Of a stretch of 64,000 nt of DNA, positions 24,401 to 39,400 are shown piece by piece. Positions within the stretch are counted from its first letter, which is position 1; every line of letters starts with the position of its first letter. The notes below the pieces were generated by a model that ran no database searches, was not told where the DNA came from, and saw nothing but the letters and a program-made list of their open reading frames with translations. Both the position numbers and the translations under genes were made by a program. Origin of the DNA: Phoronis australis (taxonomy: Eukaryota; Animalia; Phoronida); NCBI GenBank assembly GCA_002633005.1, contig NMRA01000468.1, positions 186,001 through 250,000 on the forward strand. Reading direction: 5' to 3'.

Positions 24401-27400
24401 GTATTGTAAGAACTGTAACTTGGACATTATCATTATCAAGACAAAGGAGTGTTCCAAGAAGCAGATAAAAATTAAACTTTAAATAAAGACAACAATGGCA
24501 AAAGCACTTAGCACAAAACTCATGTCAAAACAGTAATGACTTAACTTAAGCTTACTGGCACAATGCTAGAGATGGATCTACTTTTACTCAACTACCATTA
24601 TTACGACCTAGGAAACAACATACTAGCCAAACACACGACCAATATTGTTTTGCTGAACATTCAAGTGCCCATAAAGCCACTTTCCATCACAAAAACGAAC
24701 TTATTTAAACCTCTTACTGTTACGAAATAAGTCCCAAATTATTCCGTAGTCAAATTGGGGGTGATTTCAAGGCTTCAAAAGAAATGACACTTCGTTATTT
24801 CTTAAGTTAAGGCTCAACAAGGTGTGTTATTTAATAAACAAAGCATGATCTCAAGGAAATAAAATTTTCAGTTATTTAGAAAGACAGAAATCCCTTCCCG
24901 TTCGAGTAAAGGTTTAGTTGAGACCAATTTTATAACGTGGTGGACCAATGTGGGTTAATGGCTCCTTTAATCCAGTGAAATACCTACATAGATAAAGCAT
25001 CAAATTCCCGTGTTTGTATTATTGCTTTCACTTATGCTAGTTTAAATTAATCTTTGTACACTTCATCACCAATAAACTAGTATTATGAAGTACAGTGAGG
25101 TCTCTATTCTTCCATTTTCATTTATTATGTCATAGCAAATGCTAACAATTTTACGAAATGTTAGTGAAAGCTGTAAGGTACGGACTGTATCTAAAGCAAA
25201 TTTTCCTGGAAGTCTTTTACTAAGAAATATGACAGAATATAGTTTGTCTGCTACATTGTGCACCAAACTGAAGAATTTTTACTCTACACCTAAACCAACT
25301 TTTCGGTTCGTTTTTTAGCTCACGGTTTAATTTTTCGGATGTTTCTTCTACGGAAAATTAATAGAAATACCAAGAAATTGAGCCATAACTTTACTAAGCC
25401 CAGGCAATGGTAGTAACGTTGTTTTTATGACCCATCAACTCGGGGAATGACGTGAACTGTAATACTGGCTTTCTACATACAGAAATTATACTAGGAACAA
25501 CCTCGACCAATTTCGGACATAAATATTTGCCAAATTCCCCGTTTTTGTTTTTCAAGATCTTCTGGCATTGTTGTAGATGTCGATGTATTTTCTCGCTATT
25601 TTCTGATGGTAGCTATGGTAACAGAACTAAGACAAGGCACAGCATTAATTTGATGCTACACATCCTTTATAAAAAATGATAAAACAAAATTTCACTAGTC
25701 TGCCATACTGGAATTGGTGAAATTTTACAGAACCTTAAAAAGAGCTAATTTCTACATTTTCTAGATATTTCACGGATTAGGGACTTGTCTATAAGGTCCT
25801 ACACAACCATAAATTGGTGAGCTTTCACTTTCTAACATTCACCATTACTTTACATTTAAGATGTACACTTAATGGAGTCAAGACAAGTTTTTATTAATAA
25901 TTAATATTCATCACAATATTGCATACAAGTTAAATTTCATTTTGTCAATTTTTCAACTAAAACCTTTTTACAAAATTGTCATTTTGATTACAATTGTCTG
26001 TGTGGCATATCTGCCACCAAACAGCATTTGGTAAAAATCTGACACCCTGAAAAATGGAAATTTCAGAAATTATTTTTTTATTAAGATATGAATTTTAGCA
26101 CTATTGAATTTTGTCGCCTACAGACACTGTTTGGTCAACAATATTTTTAACCAAGCCACTCAGAGCTGTCCATTATGTCAGGTGTTGTTTCCAAGATGAT
26201 TTTTACAAAATGAATTTAATGTTCAAGTAGTTTCGTTTTCCATTAGTAAGAGCAATGCTTTCATTCTGACAACAAAGAAAACTTTCTCAAACTATCTTTG
26301 CTTTGTTTATTAGTTATATTTTAAACATCTTCGCATACCAATGGCATTCTGTCATATGAAAATGTACCTCATTTTTGGACTGAGCAAAATGAAACGTACT
26401 CTTAACGCCACAGAAATTCCAGCCGACTGTTGGCCACAGGTTATATACCTAACAGATTTGGTCCCGTTTCTTCAATTTCAAAGACAGTATGGCAGAATAT
26501 TGAAAAAAAGTTTCATTAAAATTTTCAATAAATGTAAACATGAAGAAAGTTTACACCATGATTCCATAGTTTAAATTGTGCAACTGTCATCAACAAACAC
26601 ACAGCGAAATTGCAGCATTTGTAACAAGACAGCTTTTGAAAGTTGAAAAAACGATGGTTTTGGTAATTGTTTTTGTTTGAATTTTAAAAACTACTTTAAT
26701 TGATCAATGGGAAGATGGAGCTTACTTTGAAGGACTTTTCACTAAAATGTCAGAACTGTATGCAAATATCCATTGCCATTGAATTAGTACATTCAAGAAC
26801 ACCACAAAAACGAATAGTCCCGATACTGGACAACTTACCTATTCAATTTAACAAGATCATGAAGGAGCTGGAACCATCAGACCGCGACAGATGCACCAGA
26901 CAGACACAGTGTGTTATCACGCACATATACGTTAGCAATAGGGGTACTAGTGGGGAGACAAAGGCTGTTTTACGTCAAGGAGCGAGGCCAGCGCATGGGA
27001 GCACGCCACGATAAAATGAAGGTGTCTACTGCTCACGTGACCCTGGTTTACTGTTAGCAGCGCTCATGAAAGAAAGTTTGTTCTTGAATGTTGGCCTCGA
27101 ATAAAATTCATGTCATTTTGGCGTGAATGGCATCTTTTGAATGTTGCTACGAGTCGACAAAAGAAATGTGGTTTATATTTTTGCCGAATTAATTTAGAAG
27201 TTTTCTAACGTGGGGTGATTGAGCCAACGCACGGAAGGGTCGAAATCATGCTGATGACGAAAACACAACGGCATGCAATCAGGGTACGGTGTGTGTTTAG
27301 CATTAAAAAAGAACAGACCGCCGTTGACCTGGAAACGTGCTCTAAATGGTTTTCAGCATGCGCATACAAGTAAAACCATAAGAAAGGCAGATTATTTCAG

Positions 27401-30400
27401 GTGTTTGGAAATCATACTGGGGAAACCTCCACCTTGAAGTAAAGCAGTCACCATAGCCTGTATTTGCTAAAACATGAACGTGAATCGCAACCTATGATAA
27501 TCCTCCATGCTTACGGTTTGCATTGTAACTGACACGTGAAAATGTACAGTATGCTCACGTAAAATATAACCTTGTTCTTCGCAATCTAATAATTACTTAA
27601 GAAGCACATTGTGGCAAGTCAGCTAATAGATTAAACACTGTGATAGCAAATGTTAGTATTCAAAGTGCTATTTATGATCACACTATGCTTAGAGTTATCA
27701 TTTATTTATTGCGAAAGGCTTTTAATCGGCTACGGCAGAAGAATCTTAATCTATGAAGCATTGCCAAAGACATCAAAACTTCAAAGCAAATTTCAACTTA
27801 GACAACGGCTAATTAGAAAACTAACACGAGATCAACAGTATTAAAATTGAAATAATAACTAAGCGCAGAAAAAAATGTCCACTGCTAAGATGTCACACAC
27901 ATGTATGAGGGAAACGCCATCTATGGGGATGATTCACGAGGAGGGCCCCAGAACATGGATATGATAGAGCACTGGTAACAAAAACTGAACACAAAATCTT
28001 AAAAAGCAAGCACGTTAAGGTTATCGGGAGTTGTAGATATCAAAATCATACAGCTCAGATACAATGCGATTGTTTGCACTGCGACTTCGTTGTAAAATGC
28101 AACCAAGCACAGAGCTGCCTTCAATGGTGCCATTATACCATGAGACTATCGCATGCATATGACAGTGCGTGTGATCCAATCAGTTTGCAAAGTTAGCTAG
28201 CATGCACGCCACTAGATGCCACTAGCGTCTTGTTAAGAGATCTAACACCAAGATGCATCAAGTCTTCCATATTCAGGCCGTGGATTTTTCCTCATCCTCA
28301 AACAAAGAGCACGGGCATTGTCATCGACTTTATTACAAAACAACTTATGTGACAAGTTGTATTTTTGCATGCACCACGATTCTGAAGGTACACACACGTC
28401 TCTCGTGAACTGCAGCTCTTTTCTCACTCTCTGACAGCAGAGAGAAGTTGTACGTGTTAACACCGTGTAGCATCTGCACATCAAATATGAGCGAGAGAAG
28501 AAATACCCCATGAGAAAATTATTTTCATGAGAAAAGAACGCGGTTAACGAGAATGCCAAAGCCGTCCCTAAGCGAGGAAAATCGTCTGACCGAAAGACGA
28601 TTGTGGAGAAGATACTAGCTAAAATCAAACTTCTGATAACCTTGTAAAAGCAAGATGCCTATTTAAGAACAAGCATTCCTGTGCAAAATAACAGCAAACA
28701 CAAAAAACACAGACAACAAGTTTTAAAGGTTAAATGTTACAGTGACCCAAAATCATTGTTAATGTATTGTACTGTGCTCTGTGTTGGAAAAGTACAAATA
28801 AGACGACATGTGGAAACTACCATGACACAGTTGCTGGATCCATTGGTAAGCAGCCATGTAAAAAGACACTTCCAACAAAAATTTAGAACATCAGTGAGTC
28901 AAAAAAGTTTTAGGTTGCAAAAGAAAGCGGTACTCAATTGCCAAACTAATAAAGCGAATCACCTGTCAGGCAGTTTACCCGCTAAATTTGGTATTAACAT
29001 TGCACGACATGTGACAACACAGCAACATAACATGCTGACAAGATCTTGGAAACACTTTTCAAATACTACAATGTGGTGTCTTATGGTTTTCACCGTTCAT
29101 TCATAGTTCTGGTGGGCGGGGCAACAAGACACATAGCACAGTACACCAAGCTCGACTTAGAACACACAACAATCCTGTCCCGGCAACAAATCAGTTAAAG
29201 GACGTGTCTCTGGCAGTTGACATACTGTTATCACCGTTTACGAAAACAGAGACCGTCGCTATAGAAAACTATTCCCATTTTGGAGCCAAGTGACCAGTGA
29301 TTGCATTTCCGTAACTTTTCTCAATAAAAAGCCATAAAACTAATCATTTAGTCAAAGTGTGTGCAAATGTGCCAGACAAGGATGTTGTGTGTGCTCGTAC
29401 AGTACCAGCAACAAGCAGACTTACCTGCCATGGTACGGAACTTGAAAGGGGTGGTCTGCTTGGCTGATTTGCCCATTCCATTCTCGGCCACTATCGTCAC
29501 CTCATACTCGGTGTCTGGCAGTAAATTTTTCAGGTCCACTTGCTCGTCGTTGCCCTTCGCCGACACCTTCTTAGTCTTCTTCGTAGATCCCACCTGAAAG
29601 TAACATCCGAGACACGTGATTACCTACACGATACACAAAATGCATTTTAATCCAGTCAAAAAATTCGTTAAACAGGTTTACCTACAACACACTGCGTCTT
29701 GACAAAGCCAAAATGTGAAATTACATTCACAATACAGCTGAACATTACCTTTGACACTAATAATTAATAATGCAGCAGTCCGACTACTTCACTCCCTTCT
29801 GGCATGAACATGTTTAATGATACCACCAACGAGGAATTATATCATCAACAAAGACTACATGGTTACACACAAAAAATAGGTGGAAAAAGAGCTTGCATTC
29901 ATTTCCAAGTCATCAGTTCCTATGATTCAAGATAAGTGACAATGCCCCCAACTGGCTACCAGGCAGACCCACCCAGCTAGCCTACTACTTCAACCTAAGC
30001 ACATCCAAGTACAACAGGACCCGTCACACTCTTGGAGACCCTGGTTTTCCATTTAGAAGAACAGGGACTGAAACCCTTTCAGCAAACTTACATTTTTCCA
30101 TTTTCTTATGTAGCAACTTCTGTTTCACTGTTTTGAAGCATTTGGGAATGGGCTTACTTGCCGCTGTTCAGTTTACCTATAACTTGATGCATGCCATTTT
30201 ACTGTTTGTCAAAACTGGTAACAGAACAGTCTATCTTCACAAAGAATGGCCAACTACTTGAACATGTCTGTCCAAAATGAACCATTTGTGGTCAGCAAAG
30301 TCGTATTTAATGGATCATATTCTTGATTTTTGGCAACTGAAAAGCCAAAACCATGCGATTTGTCGAATGTACTACTTAAATATGTTAATTCCATCCCAAA

Positions 30401-33400
30401 CGTCAAATTCTGTGAAAAAAATCAGATTCCATGAAATCAGTAACTGAGAGCCAGCGGAATTTCTGACAAAGAAATTTTGTCACAGTGGGTAATAAGCAGT
30501 CAGGACAACTGAAAGAAAATTTTAACGCATTACTTTCCATGTGATCCTGTCTGCCAGTTCACTGGGTAAACCACACTTAATATCAGTCATGCTAATGCAA
30601 TTCATAATTTGTTGATGGCTGAGTCCTACCTCCTTGAGCTCAATGTGGAAAGCGGTGACCTTATCACCACCGTCAGACGGCAGATTCCAACGCAGTGTGT
30701 ACGACTTGGAGTATGTACTCTTGGTTGGTGAAACAATTTTGACAACAGATGGCTTTTCTGCAACACAGCAAACATGAGGAATCAGTTGTACATCTGTACA
30801 ACCAACTATATTCTAAAATAGTAGTTGAAAATGGCAAATTTTAAGTCGTTGAAAACCAGGCAAAATCACACAGACAACTTTTGCATACATTTTTCCAGTG
30901 ACTTACAATTACGAACTCCGGACAGCAAAGCGCATGCCTGAAGAAGTAACTAAATCATTGGTGACTCATCAAGCTAACGCATGCACCCTATCAACACCAG
31001 CGCCAGTGTAATCATGGAACAAATAAAAGTGTTAACTCTACTAATTTCAAAACTTGAATTATTTCTTCTTCTGAAAAATGCAAAATCAAATAAAGATAAA
31101 AAGCAGAAGTTGTCAGTGAAATAAATACATGCGTGTTCCAAGATAATAGCTACACTAGCTGTGAGCCAGAGATGTGCTCGCACAACACTCACTTATTTCT
31201 GGTTCAAATTAACTTAACTTCTTCTCATTGGTCACTTCAAGGCAATTTTGCTCCAGCGATTTTTCTCAATCAACTGCTTAATAATGTCAAAAGAAAACAA
31301 TAAGACATGCCTGTAAGGAGGCTAAAGGAAACCCGCTTAACATCCGAGTGTCATGAAATTATATCTTTAATATTCTCAAAAAAAATGAGCATGTAGCTGA
31401 AAGCTTTTCAATCAAGCTCGATTTTGTGAGCATAGCCTGGTGAACATTCTATCAATCACTAACTTGTTTCCTTGACTGTAATGGGTGCATATACAAGATA
31501 TTTAAACATCACACATTCCAAACAAGCGACATTAATTCATTCCACTCTACGACTTAAAAGAAAAAGAAGTTATGCAAGACCTTAATGGCAGGTCTGCTTA
31601 CTTAGTCAAATATCTAAAAATTCTATAGAGTTTAACTCAGTGGGTTTTATTTATTAATCACATCACATCATATATATTGGCTGTACAATTTTATTGCTAG
31701 TGAGACAATGATACTGTTGAACATTTAACACGGAAGATTGCACAGGTATTCCATGCTCTCTGATGACCTAGATGCCATTCACTAGTCATAAGACAGTGGT
31801 CAAGGCACAGATGTTGTAGTAGCCAGACTACGTTTCAAACTCAAAGTTCTACAAGGTCTTTTCACGGCCTATGGTATCCGAAAGTCATGCGGCAACCTCA
31901 TGATAGTTCAGAAGTTACACGATAGACAGCGTAACGCTATGCTTTGGTTCTCCGTATATTGACTTCTCTTACGCAACGCATTTGTGCACATGTAGTGAAC
32001 AAATGTGTTCGTAGTGAACAAAACAATTTTGTAACTGAAACATTTTGCCAGCTCCTAAAAATGAGCCAATAAAATAACATGCTAGACTTTCTAGGCAACT
32101 CACCAATCTCGGCAGTTTTGGTTGAAAGCGTGAACGGTTTCCCCCGGAAAGCAGCATTCCGGCTGAGCACCTCCAGTGTGTAAGAAGTGGAAGGCTGCAG
32201 GTTCTCAATGACCAATTCCTGACTTGTTCCTTGGGCTGGAAAGGTATGACAGACAGTGTTCTTTATCAGTGTGCCACCAGGTGGCAGCACTACATTAAGG
32301 GCAGAGAATGGAGTCGTGTTTTAGTGACAAGTCGCAATTTGTCACATCTCAAAATTTTAAATGTCACATGAAAGTCTCGATTACTACACGTATACGAAAG
32401 ATGCGATATTTGTCAGTGATAACGAAGAATTATGTAATCTCGCAATTAGTGAAAAAATGAATCACCACTTGATGCAGCATAAAATAACTGTAAACCTAAC
32501 AAAACACAGTGTTTCCCCTGCATGTAAAAATCTGGGTGGCCCGCCACGCTCCTGGCACTCGTAATCTTGCCCAAATTGACCACCACACACCTAATCCTGA
32601 GAGGGAAAATTTCACTGCTACACAAACAAGAGCAACGCGGAGCGTTGAAATGCGCCCATGAATGCATCGCAAATGGCGTGCTGTCAGGGTTATTTGTATC
32701 ATAAAAATGGTCACTAGATGGCGCAAAAATGTACAATCCATCCAAAAACAGGAACATGCCATATTTCATAAAAATCTGTCAAGGAACTTCAGAGAAACAA
32801 AGGAAAACAGAACAAAATGAAATTGCCACTAGGGGGCACAGCGTCCATTGGATCCACCTGAATGTAGTCTGTTGTTATCTTCGCATAAATTCACTTATTA
32901 AATTTAATAAAGATCCTGCAGTGAGTTTTGAAGTTACAGTTATGGGCACAAAACAAAACAAAATTACCACTAGGAGGTGCCACAGTAGTCAGTCACCATC
33001 ATCAAACTTCCTCTTCACACTGAAACCATGTACGCCAATTTTCAAAACCATCCTTATAATTATTTGGTTGATCGAGGGGTGAACGCCAAAAATAAGATTT
33101 CAAAACAGCAAAAATGGCCACCAGGTGGCGCAAAATACCTAGATTCCATCCAAAAACAGGACGATAGCGTCATCTCACCAATAGATGCTTATATTCAAAA
33201 TTTTATGAAAATCTGTTGAGCACCTTTGAAGATACAGACTGGTAAACGTAAAAAACTAAAATTGCCACTAGGGGGCACACCAGTAGTCGGATCCGCCCGA
33301 AAGCTTGCTCATGCCGTCTCATCTACGAAAGAAACACTTGTGCAAAATTTCATGAACATAAATTAAGGCGTTTTGGAGATAAAGCAGTGGACGCTGGACG

Positions 33401-36400
33401 GACGGACGCCGGACGGAGATAATGGCATTACTCGTCCACATATAAATATGTGGGCGCATAACAACGCATGTAAAAATGAATACACAACACACACTTTACA
33501 TCGCAACTGTCCATTTTTGTGGATCGAACGGAAGACACTAATTGAAAATCGGTTTCTGATTGTTTCCCCTTTTTAAAGATAATCCTTTTATTCCCTCTGC
33601 TTTCTCACTAAGTGACCAGACATTCGGTACTGCTCGGTTACAAGGCAATACAAAGCAACTGAATACAGGCAACGACCTCGACATTAGTTTTCTAAAATAG
33701 CAGGCCACCACGGGCACAGCAATAGCCAAATCCATCAAAAAATCCATCGTGATCAACACGATACGAAAGCACGCTAAATTTCACGACGATGCTTAAAGAG
33801 GTTCAGGAGAGTCACTGCCACAGAGGTAGGATATCAGTGCTCGGATGTTCAACAGGAATCTGCACAATCTGCACCCAAGTACATTTGTGGGAGGTGTGCA
33901 GCTGTGACTTACCGAAAGGGAATTTTTGTTCACGATCTTCACCGTACTTGACAATGTACTCAAGGACCTCCATGTTCTTTCCGGCATCTTCGCCAAGTGC
34001 GACAGAAAGGGAGATCGTCCGGGGTGACTTTTTATCAACGTTCTCGGACACTACTGGAGGAGAGGGTTCAACTGAAATAGAAAGACGGCAATTGAATTTA
34101 AGGAGCAATAATAATGAGAGGCAGAAGATTGCACCAATACACATTGAAGGGAAAGAGATCAAGCCAGTCTTGATGTCGTTTGATGTTGACACTTGGTAAA
34201 ATTGCATACCGCTCATTACAAGTTTCCGTATTTTCAATGGACCAATAGAAAGTGACGTAAATGGTCTAACAAAAAAGGCCGGCATTTTGGCTCTACAAGC
34301 ACTTCCAATGAGGAAGCATACTGCCCCACTCCCTACTGAACAGTCTATGCAGATCATAAGTGTTTGCTCAAAGGTATGCATTTGCAGAACAAAAATATCC
34401 AGACCAATAGAATACAAAGTCTTCCTTTTTTACTGCAACCATGCCACCATGGAAGAAACAAACAACGGAGATGTTACCTGCAAGCAAACAATAACCAGCG
34501 AGCTACTGGTATGTCCCCACCAACCCCTCCCACATCCCCACCAACCCCCCCACGTCCCCGTCAACCCCTCCCACGTCCCCACCAACCCCTCCCATGGCCG
34601 AGTCACCCGAGTAGGTACCTTGACAGCTTACCTGCTTGTACCATTTCAATAGTGTGAGAGCTGGTGCCCATGCTGTTAGTGGCATTACAGGTGTATGTAC
34701 CGTACACCTGGTCATCTTTGTCACCTTTTCCAAACACCTGAAATACACAAGCCAGCATCATAATTGTGTTGTATAAAATGTGATCAAAGACCTAGCACAG
34801 AAAACTGGTGTTAGGCTCCGCACAACTATTTCTCAAAAATGATTAAATCTCACCCGAGCAAAAGTGTTAAGTTTGAGAATATACGCGTAACTGCTAATTG
34901 CCAAGATAATTCTTCAAATTATTTTAATTTGTGATGCGCTGAAGAGTTTGCCACTCTATTCTGTGATTTCAATACCAGACCGCCTAGACTAAAACTCAAG
35001 ATTTCCAGGAACACTCGCCGCAATTACCCTGACATCAAGATATGCTACAAACATTGGAATCTTGCTACTTCACCCCATTTAGCTGGTTGAATTGGGGCTT
35101 TTACTGTCATAAAATTGCTATCATAATATTCCTCATTGTGATAGGATTCTACTTTTTGCTTCAAAGGGACATTAACGGTTTTACATCGAAAAATGCATTT
35201 TCGGGATAACTGTTACATGAGATGAACTCCTTGAGGTAATTAACTTTGACCAAGGCGAAACAACAACAAAATCCGTTTCCTTTTTGTGATTTTGTCACAA
35301 ATCCTCAATTATCACCATAGTCTGTCAGACATTCACTGAAATCAATACTCTTGCTGTTCAACTACTGGTATTCGGCTCACCAGCAGAGGGTTTGGCTACG
35401 ACTGGGAATGTTATGGATTCAATTCCATGTTACTGCTAATTTCTACAAAATTACCTTTTCTCGCCCAGATGTCCCTTTGTTAAGTCAAACGGGCAATTTT
35501 TACTAATTAAAAGCTGGGAACCGTCTTCAATAAATGAATCTCACCTCCAATGAACCGTTGAGAGCTGGTTCATTGAAATACTTTGTGTAAATAGAGTCCG
35601 CGGTCATCCTTCCAACGACGACTCCGTTCTTGATCCACTTCATTTCTGTCAGTGGAGGCTCAGCATCGAACACGCACGTCATGTTGGCTTTATTACCCAG
35701 CCAGTTGAAGACCTTTTTGTCGCTCTTTGAAGCATCTACTTCAGGCTTATCTGTAAGAGAAATAGTTTCACATTGTACGTACGACGGAAATTAGGGTAAA
35801 AGAAATATCCTATTTGCAACAGTCTCCAGAATTTGGGACAAGGAAACTCCCGCAAAGATTGAGTTTTCTTATTTTAGAATTTGGGACAAGAGCGATTTCG
35901 GCGTAGGCCATTTTTCCCAAATTTTGGATAATGTGATTTCAATCTAGAGAGTGGGTAATTTTGCCATCTTTCCAGTGATTTTTGAATTTGTGACGGCCAA
36001 TATTTCCTATTTCTAGAATACTACATGCACACACAGCTACTCCGGCAAATCTCTGCAAGCTGTTCTTTACAGCAAAACACTTTTGAAAAATCTCATGATA
36101 CACAAAATGAAACGAATTAAAAAGGGAAAGGAACGCGAGACCACATCACTTAGTGGTGCATCGAATCCATCTTGAAAGTCTCTTTGCATATGAATGCGTA
36201 CCAGCTGCGTGTTGTCATAATTAGAAGCCGATATCCCGGAAGCCGATATCCCGGAAGCCGATATCCCAGAAGCCGATATCCCAGAAGCCGATATCCGCGA
36301 AGCTTAAGGCAGCTTTGCCTGCACTTACAATTAACAGTTATGGAGCCATTTCTCAACATGGATCCCCCTTTGTTGACAGCGATACATGTGTAGTTGGCTT

Positions 36401-39400
36401 TGTCCGTTTTCTTCAGGCCAGTGATGGTAAGCTTGATGGCTGTGTTCTGAGCATCAATGGGGTCAGCAGGAAGGTCGGTCACACAGATACGAGCATCAGA
36501 CTGAAAAATCGTTAATTTTCTCGTCATACACTGTGCCTGAGAGCGTAAGTCCTGCTTTTGAATATTTGCCAGGAGATATATCAACTGAGACCAGATTGGG
36601 GGACTTTTTGAGACAAGTTCCTCTTTGGCAGATATTAACAGTGACAAGGGCGTATTTTCAAAACATAAACAAGATTTGTAATAATGACAAATTAAGCCCT
36701 CTCTCCAATTTCCTTGTGCTTAATAATACAAGAAATCCCATTTACAGTGGTCACATATTTTGTGAACCAGTTTGATGCATGTTATTCAGTGGAGAAAACA
36801 GGTTTTCAAAATGCAGGAGACCAGTTAGTAATTATGTGAACTTAACCTGCGTGTTTCTAGGAGTTCTCGAGAATCCAGCCGTTACCAAATGGAAAGGGGC
36901 ACAAACCCTAAGGCTGCCTCATCACTTACCGCCTGACATCCTTTGGTAAAGGGCGCTCGTGAGCCAACTTTCTGAAACTCCAAAGTCATGTCTTTCAGTG
37001 TACCATCCACACGGCAGATGAGGTCAGTTGAATCACCCACGTTAGCAGTCTTGTTGACGAATTCTCGGATCGTAGGTGGATCTGGTAAAAACACACGATG
37101 ACAGTACATAACCTGACAACAGTGATGACAAAACAACAGATCATACATAGACTATAATAGTACATGGACCACCAACTTTATATATTCTTAATGCATGAGT
37201 TCTGGGATTTCCACACAAGCCGCAGCGTCTTTACTCACTAGGGGGCGCCTGCCCGTTTAACTTCAAGCATGTACATCTGAAGACTGACTACGGCGCGCGC
37301 TAATTCAACATAAAGAAGACTGATCTTAACCCAACAATAATCACAAAGACGCGTTTAATGGCCACTCGGGTTATTCCAGTTTAAGGTTCTCAATTTTAGG
37401 ATGGCCTATTTGTGGGACTACGCAACATAACTCCTAATTCCTCCTATGGAGGTAGTAGTTACCTATCACTTCAAACTTGAACGTTTTCGCATCATCCCTG
37501 ACTTGATCATTTCCATCGTCATCTTTGCCATATGAAGAGAGTGCTCTGCACGTGTAGTCTGCTGTGTCAGCACTCTGAAGGTTGTTCACTGCCAGCACAC
37601 CTTCACGGCACATCGGTTGACCTGCAACAAAACGGTCAAATGCGAATGAGTATATTAAACAGGACAAGAGAACGCGGAGCGTTGAAATGCGACCATGAAT
37701 GCATCTCAAACGGTGTGCTTTAAGGGTTGTTCATTGGTCATAAAAATGGCCACTAGATGGCACAAAAATGTACAATCCATCCGAAAATGGGCACTTGTCA
37801 TAGCTTCTTTAATAAAAAGGTATTCACCAAATTTCATAGAAATCTGTCACGGAACTTCAGAGAAACAAAGGAAAACGGAATGAAATGAAAACTGCCACTA
37901 GGGGGCACAGTGTTTATTGGATCCGCCTGAAAGTAGTCATTGTCTGTTGTTAGCTTCATATAAAAACACTTACTAAATTTAATAAAGACCCAGCAGTGGG
38001 TTTAGGAGATACAGCTATCGGCACAAAACAAAATTACCATTGGAGGCGCCACAGTAGTCAAAGTCATCGTCAACCATCCTCTTCACACAGAGAAAATAAA
38101 CACCAATTTTCAAAAACATCCTTTGAATGATTTGGTTGATAGAGGGGTGGACGCCAAAAAACAGACTCGAAAACGGCAAAAATGGCCACTAGGTGGCACA
38201 AAATACCTCGATTCCATCCAAAAACAGGAGGATAGCGTCATCTCACCAACAGATGCGTGTATTCAAAATTTTATGAAAATCCGTTGAGGACTCTTGAAGA
38301 TACAGGGGTAAATTTAAAATCTAAAATTGCCATCAGGGGGCACACCGTAGTCAGATCCGTCCGAAAGTCGTTGTTCTTTGTCAACATCATATAAATACAC
38401 TTGTTAAATTTAGTAAAGATACTGCAAACCTCTTAAGAGATACAGCCATGGGCGCAAAAAAAACAAAATTGCCACTAGGAGGCGCCACAGTAGCTAAAGT
38501 CATCGGAAAATCATCGTTAGCTGTCCACTTCATAGTAAAAACATACATGCCAATTTTCACAATTATCCTGAAAGCGATTTGGTTGACAGAGGGATGGACG
38601 CCAAAAAACAGACTCGAAAACAGTAAAAATGGTCACTAGGTGGCGCAAACTACGTCGAATCCATCTGAAAACGGAAAGATAGTGTCACCACACTAACAGA
38701 AGCCTGTACCCCAAATTTTTTGAAAACACGTTGAGGACCTTTGAAGATACAGAGAAAATAAAAGGGCACACCAGTAATCAAATCCGTCCGAACATAGACG
38801 CCAGTTTCTACAATCACCCTTAGAGCGGTTTGGATGATAGAGGGGGGACTAAAAAACAAACTCGAAAACAATAAAAATGGCCACTAGGTGGCGTAAATTA
38901 CGTCGAATCTATCCGAAAACTGGTGGATAGCGTCATCCCACTAATAGATGCCTACATGCCAAATTCTATGTAAATACGCGGAATACCTTTGAAGATATAG
39001 AGGTACGCATAAAAACTAAAATTGCCACTAGGGGGCAGACCGGTAGTCGAATCCGTCCGAAAGTTCACTCATGCCATGCCATCCCATCTATGAAAGGAAC
39101 ACATGTGCAAAATTTCATGAACATATGTCAAATGATTTGGAGTTAGAGCAGCGGACACCGGACGACGCCGGACGGACGCTGGACGGACGGAGATGACCGC
39201 ATAATGCGTCCACATATAAATATGTGGGCGCATAAAAATGTGTTATTGTCAAGTGAAATGTGGCGACCAGCAATAAAAAAGATGGAAAAAATGCTAAGTC
39301 ATACTGATCATAAACCACAAAAAAGAACAATGAATTTTAAAGCTATTTTAGATTACCAACTGAGTGTCCTGGGAATAAAAACTTTTCACAGTTGCAAATA

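Noticed and set aside
28979-28981. 3-nt microexon CGG (ag|CGG|gtaaac), reminiscent of the NCAM1 AAG exon
   Set aside because: Poor pyrimidine tract; such matches arise often by chance.
28242-29106. Longer ORFs of 128 and 141 aa in the FN3-2/TM intron
   Set aside because: No recognisable domain, no convincing splice-site pair, and composition typical of random sequence.
36172-36320. SRYPG/GYRLL repeat peptides
   Set aside because: A 15-bp minisatellite lying in the intron after the 36329 donor.
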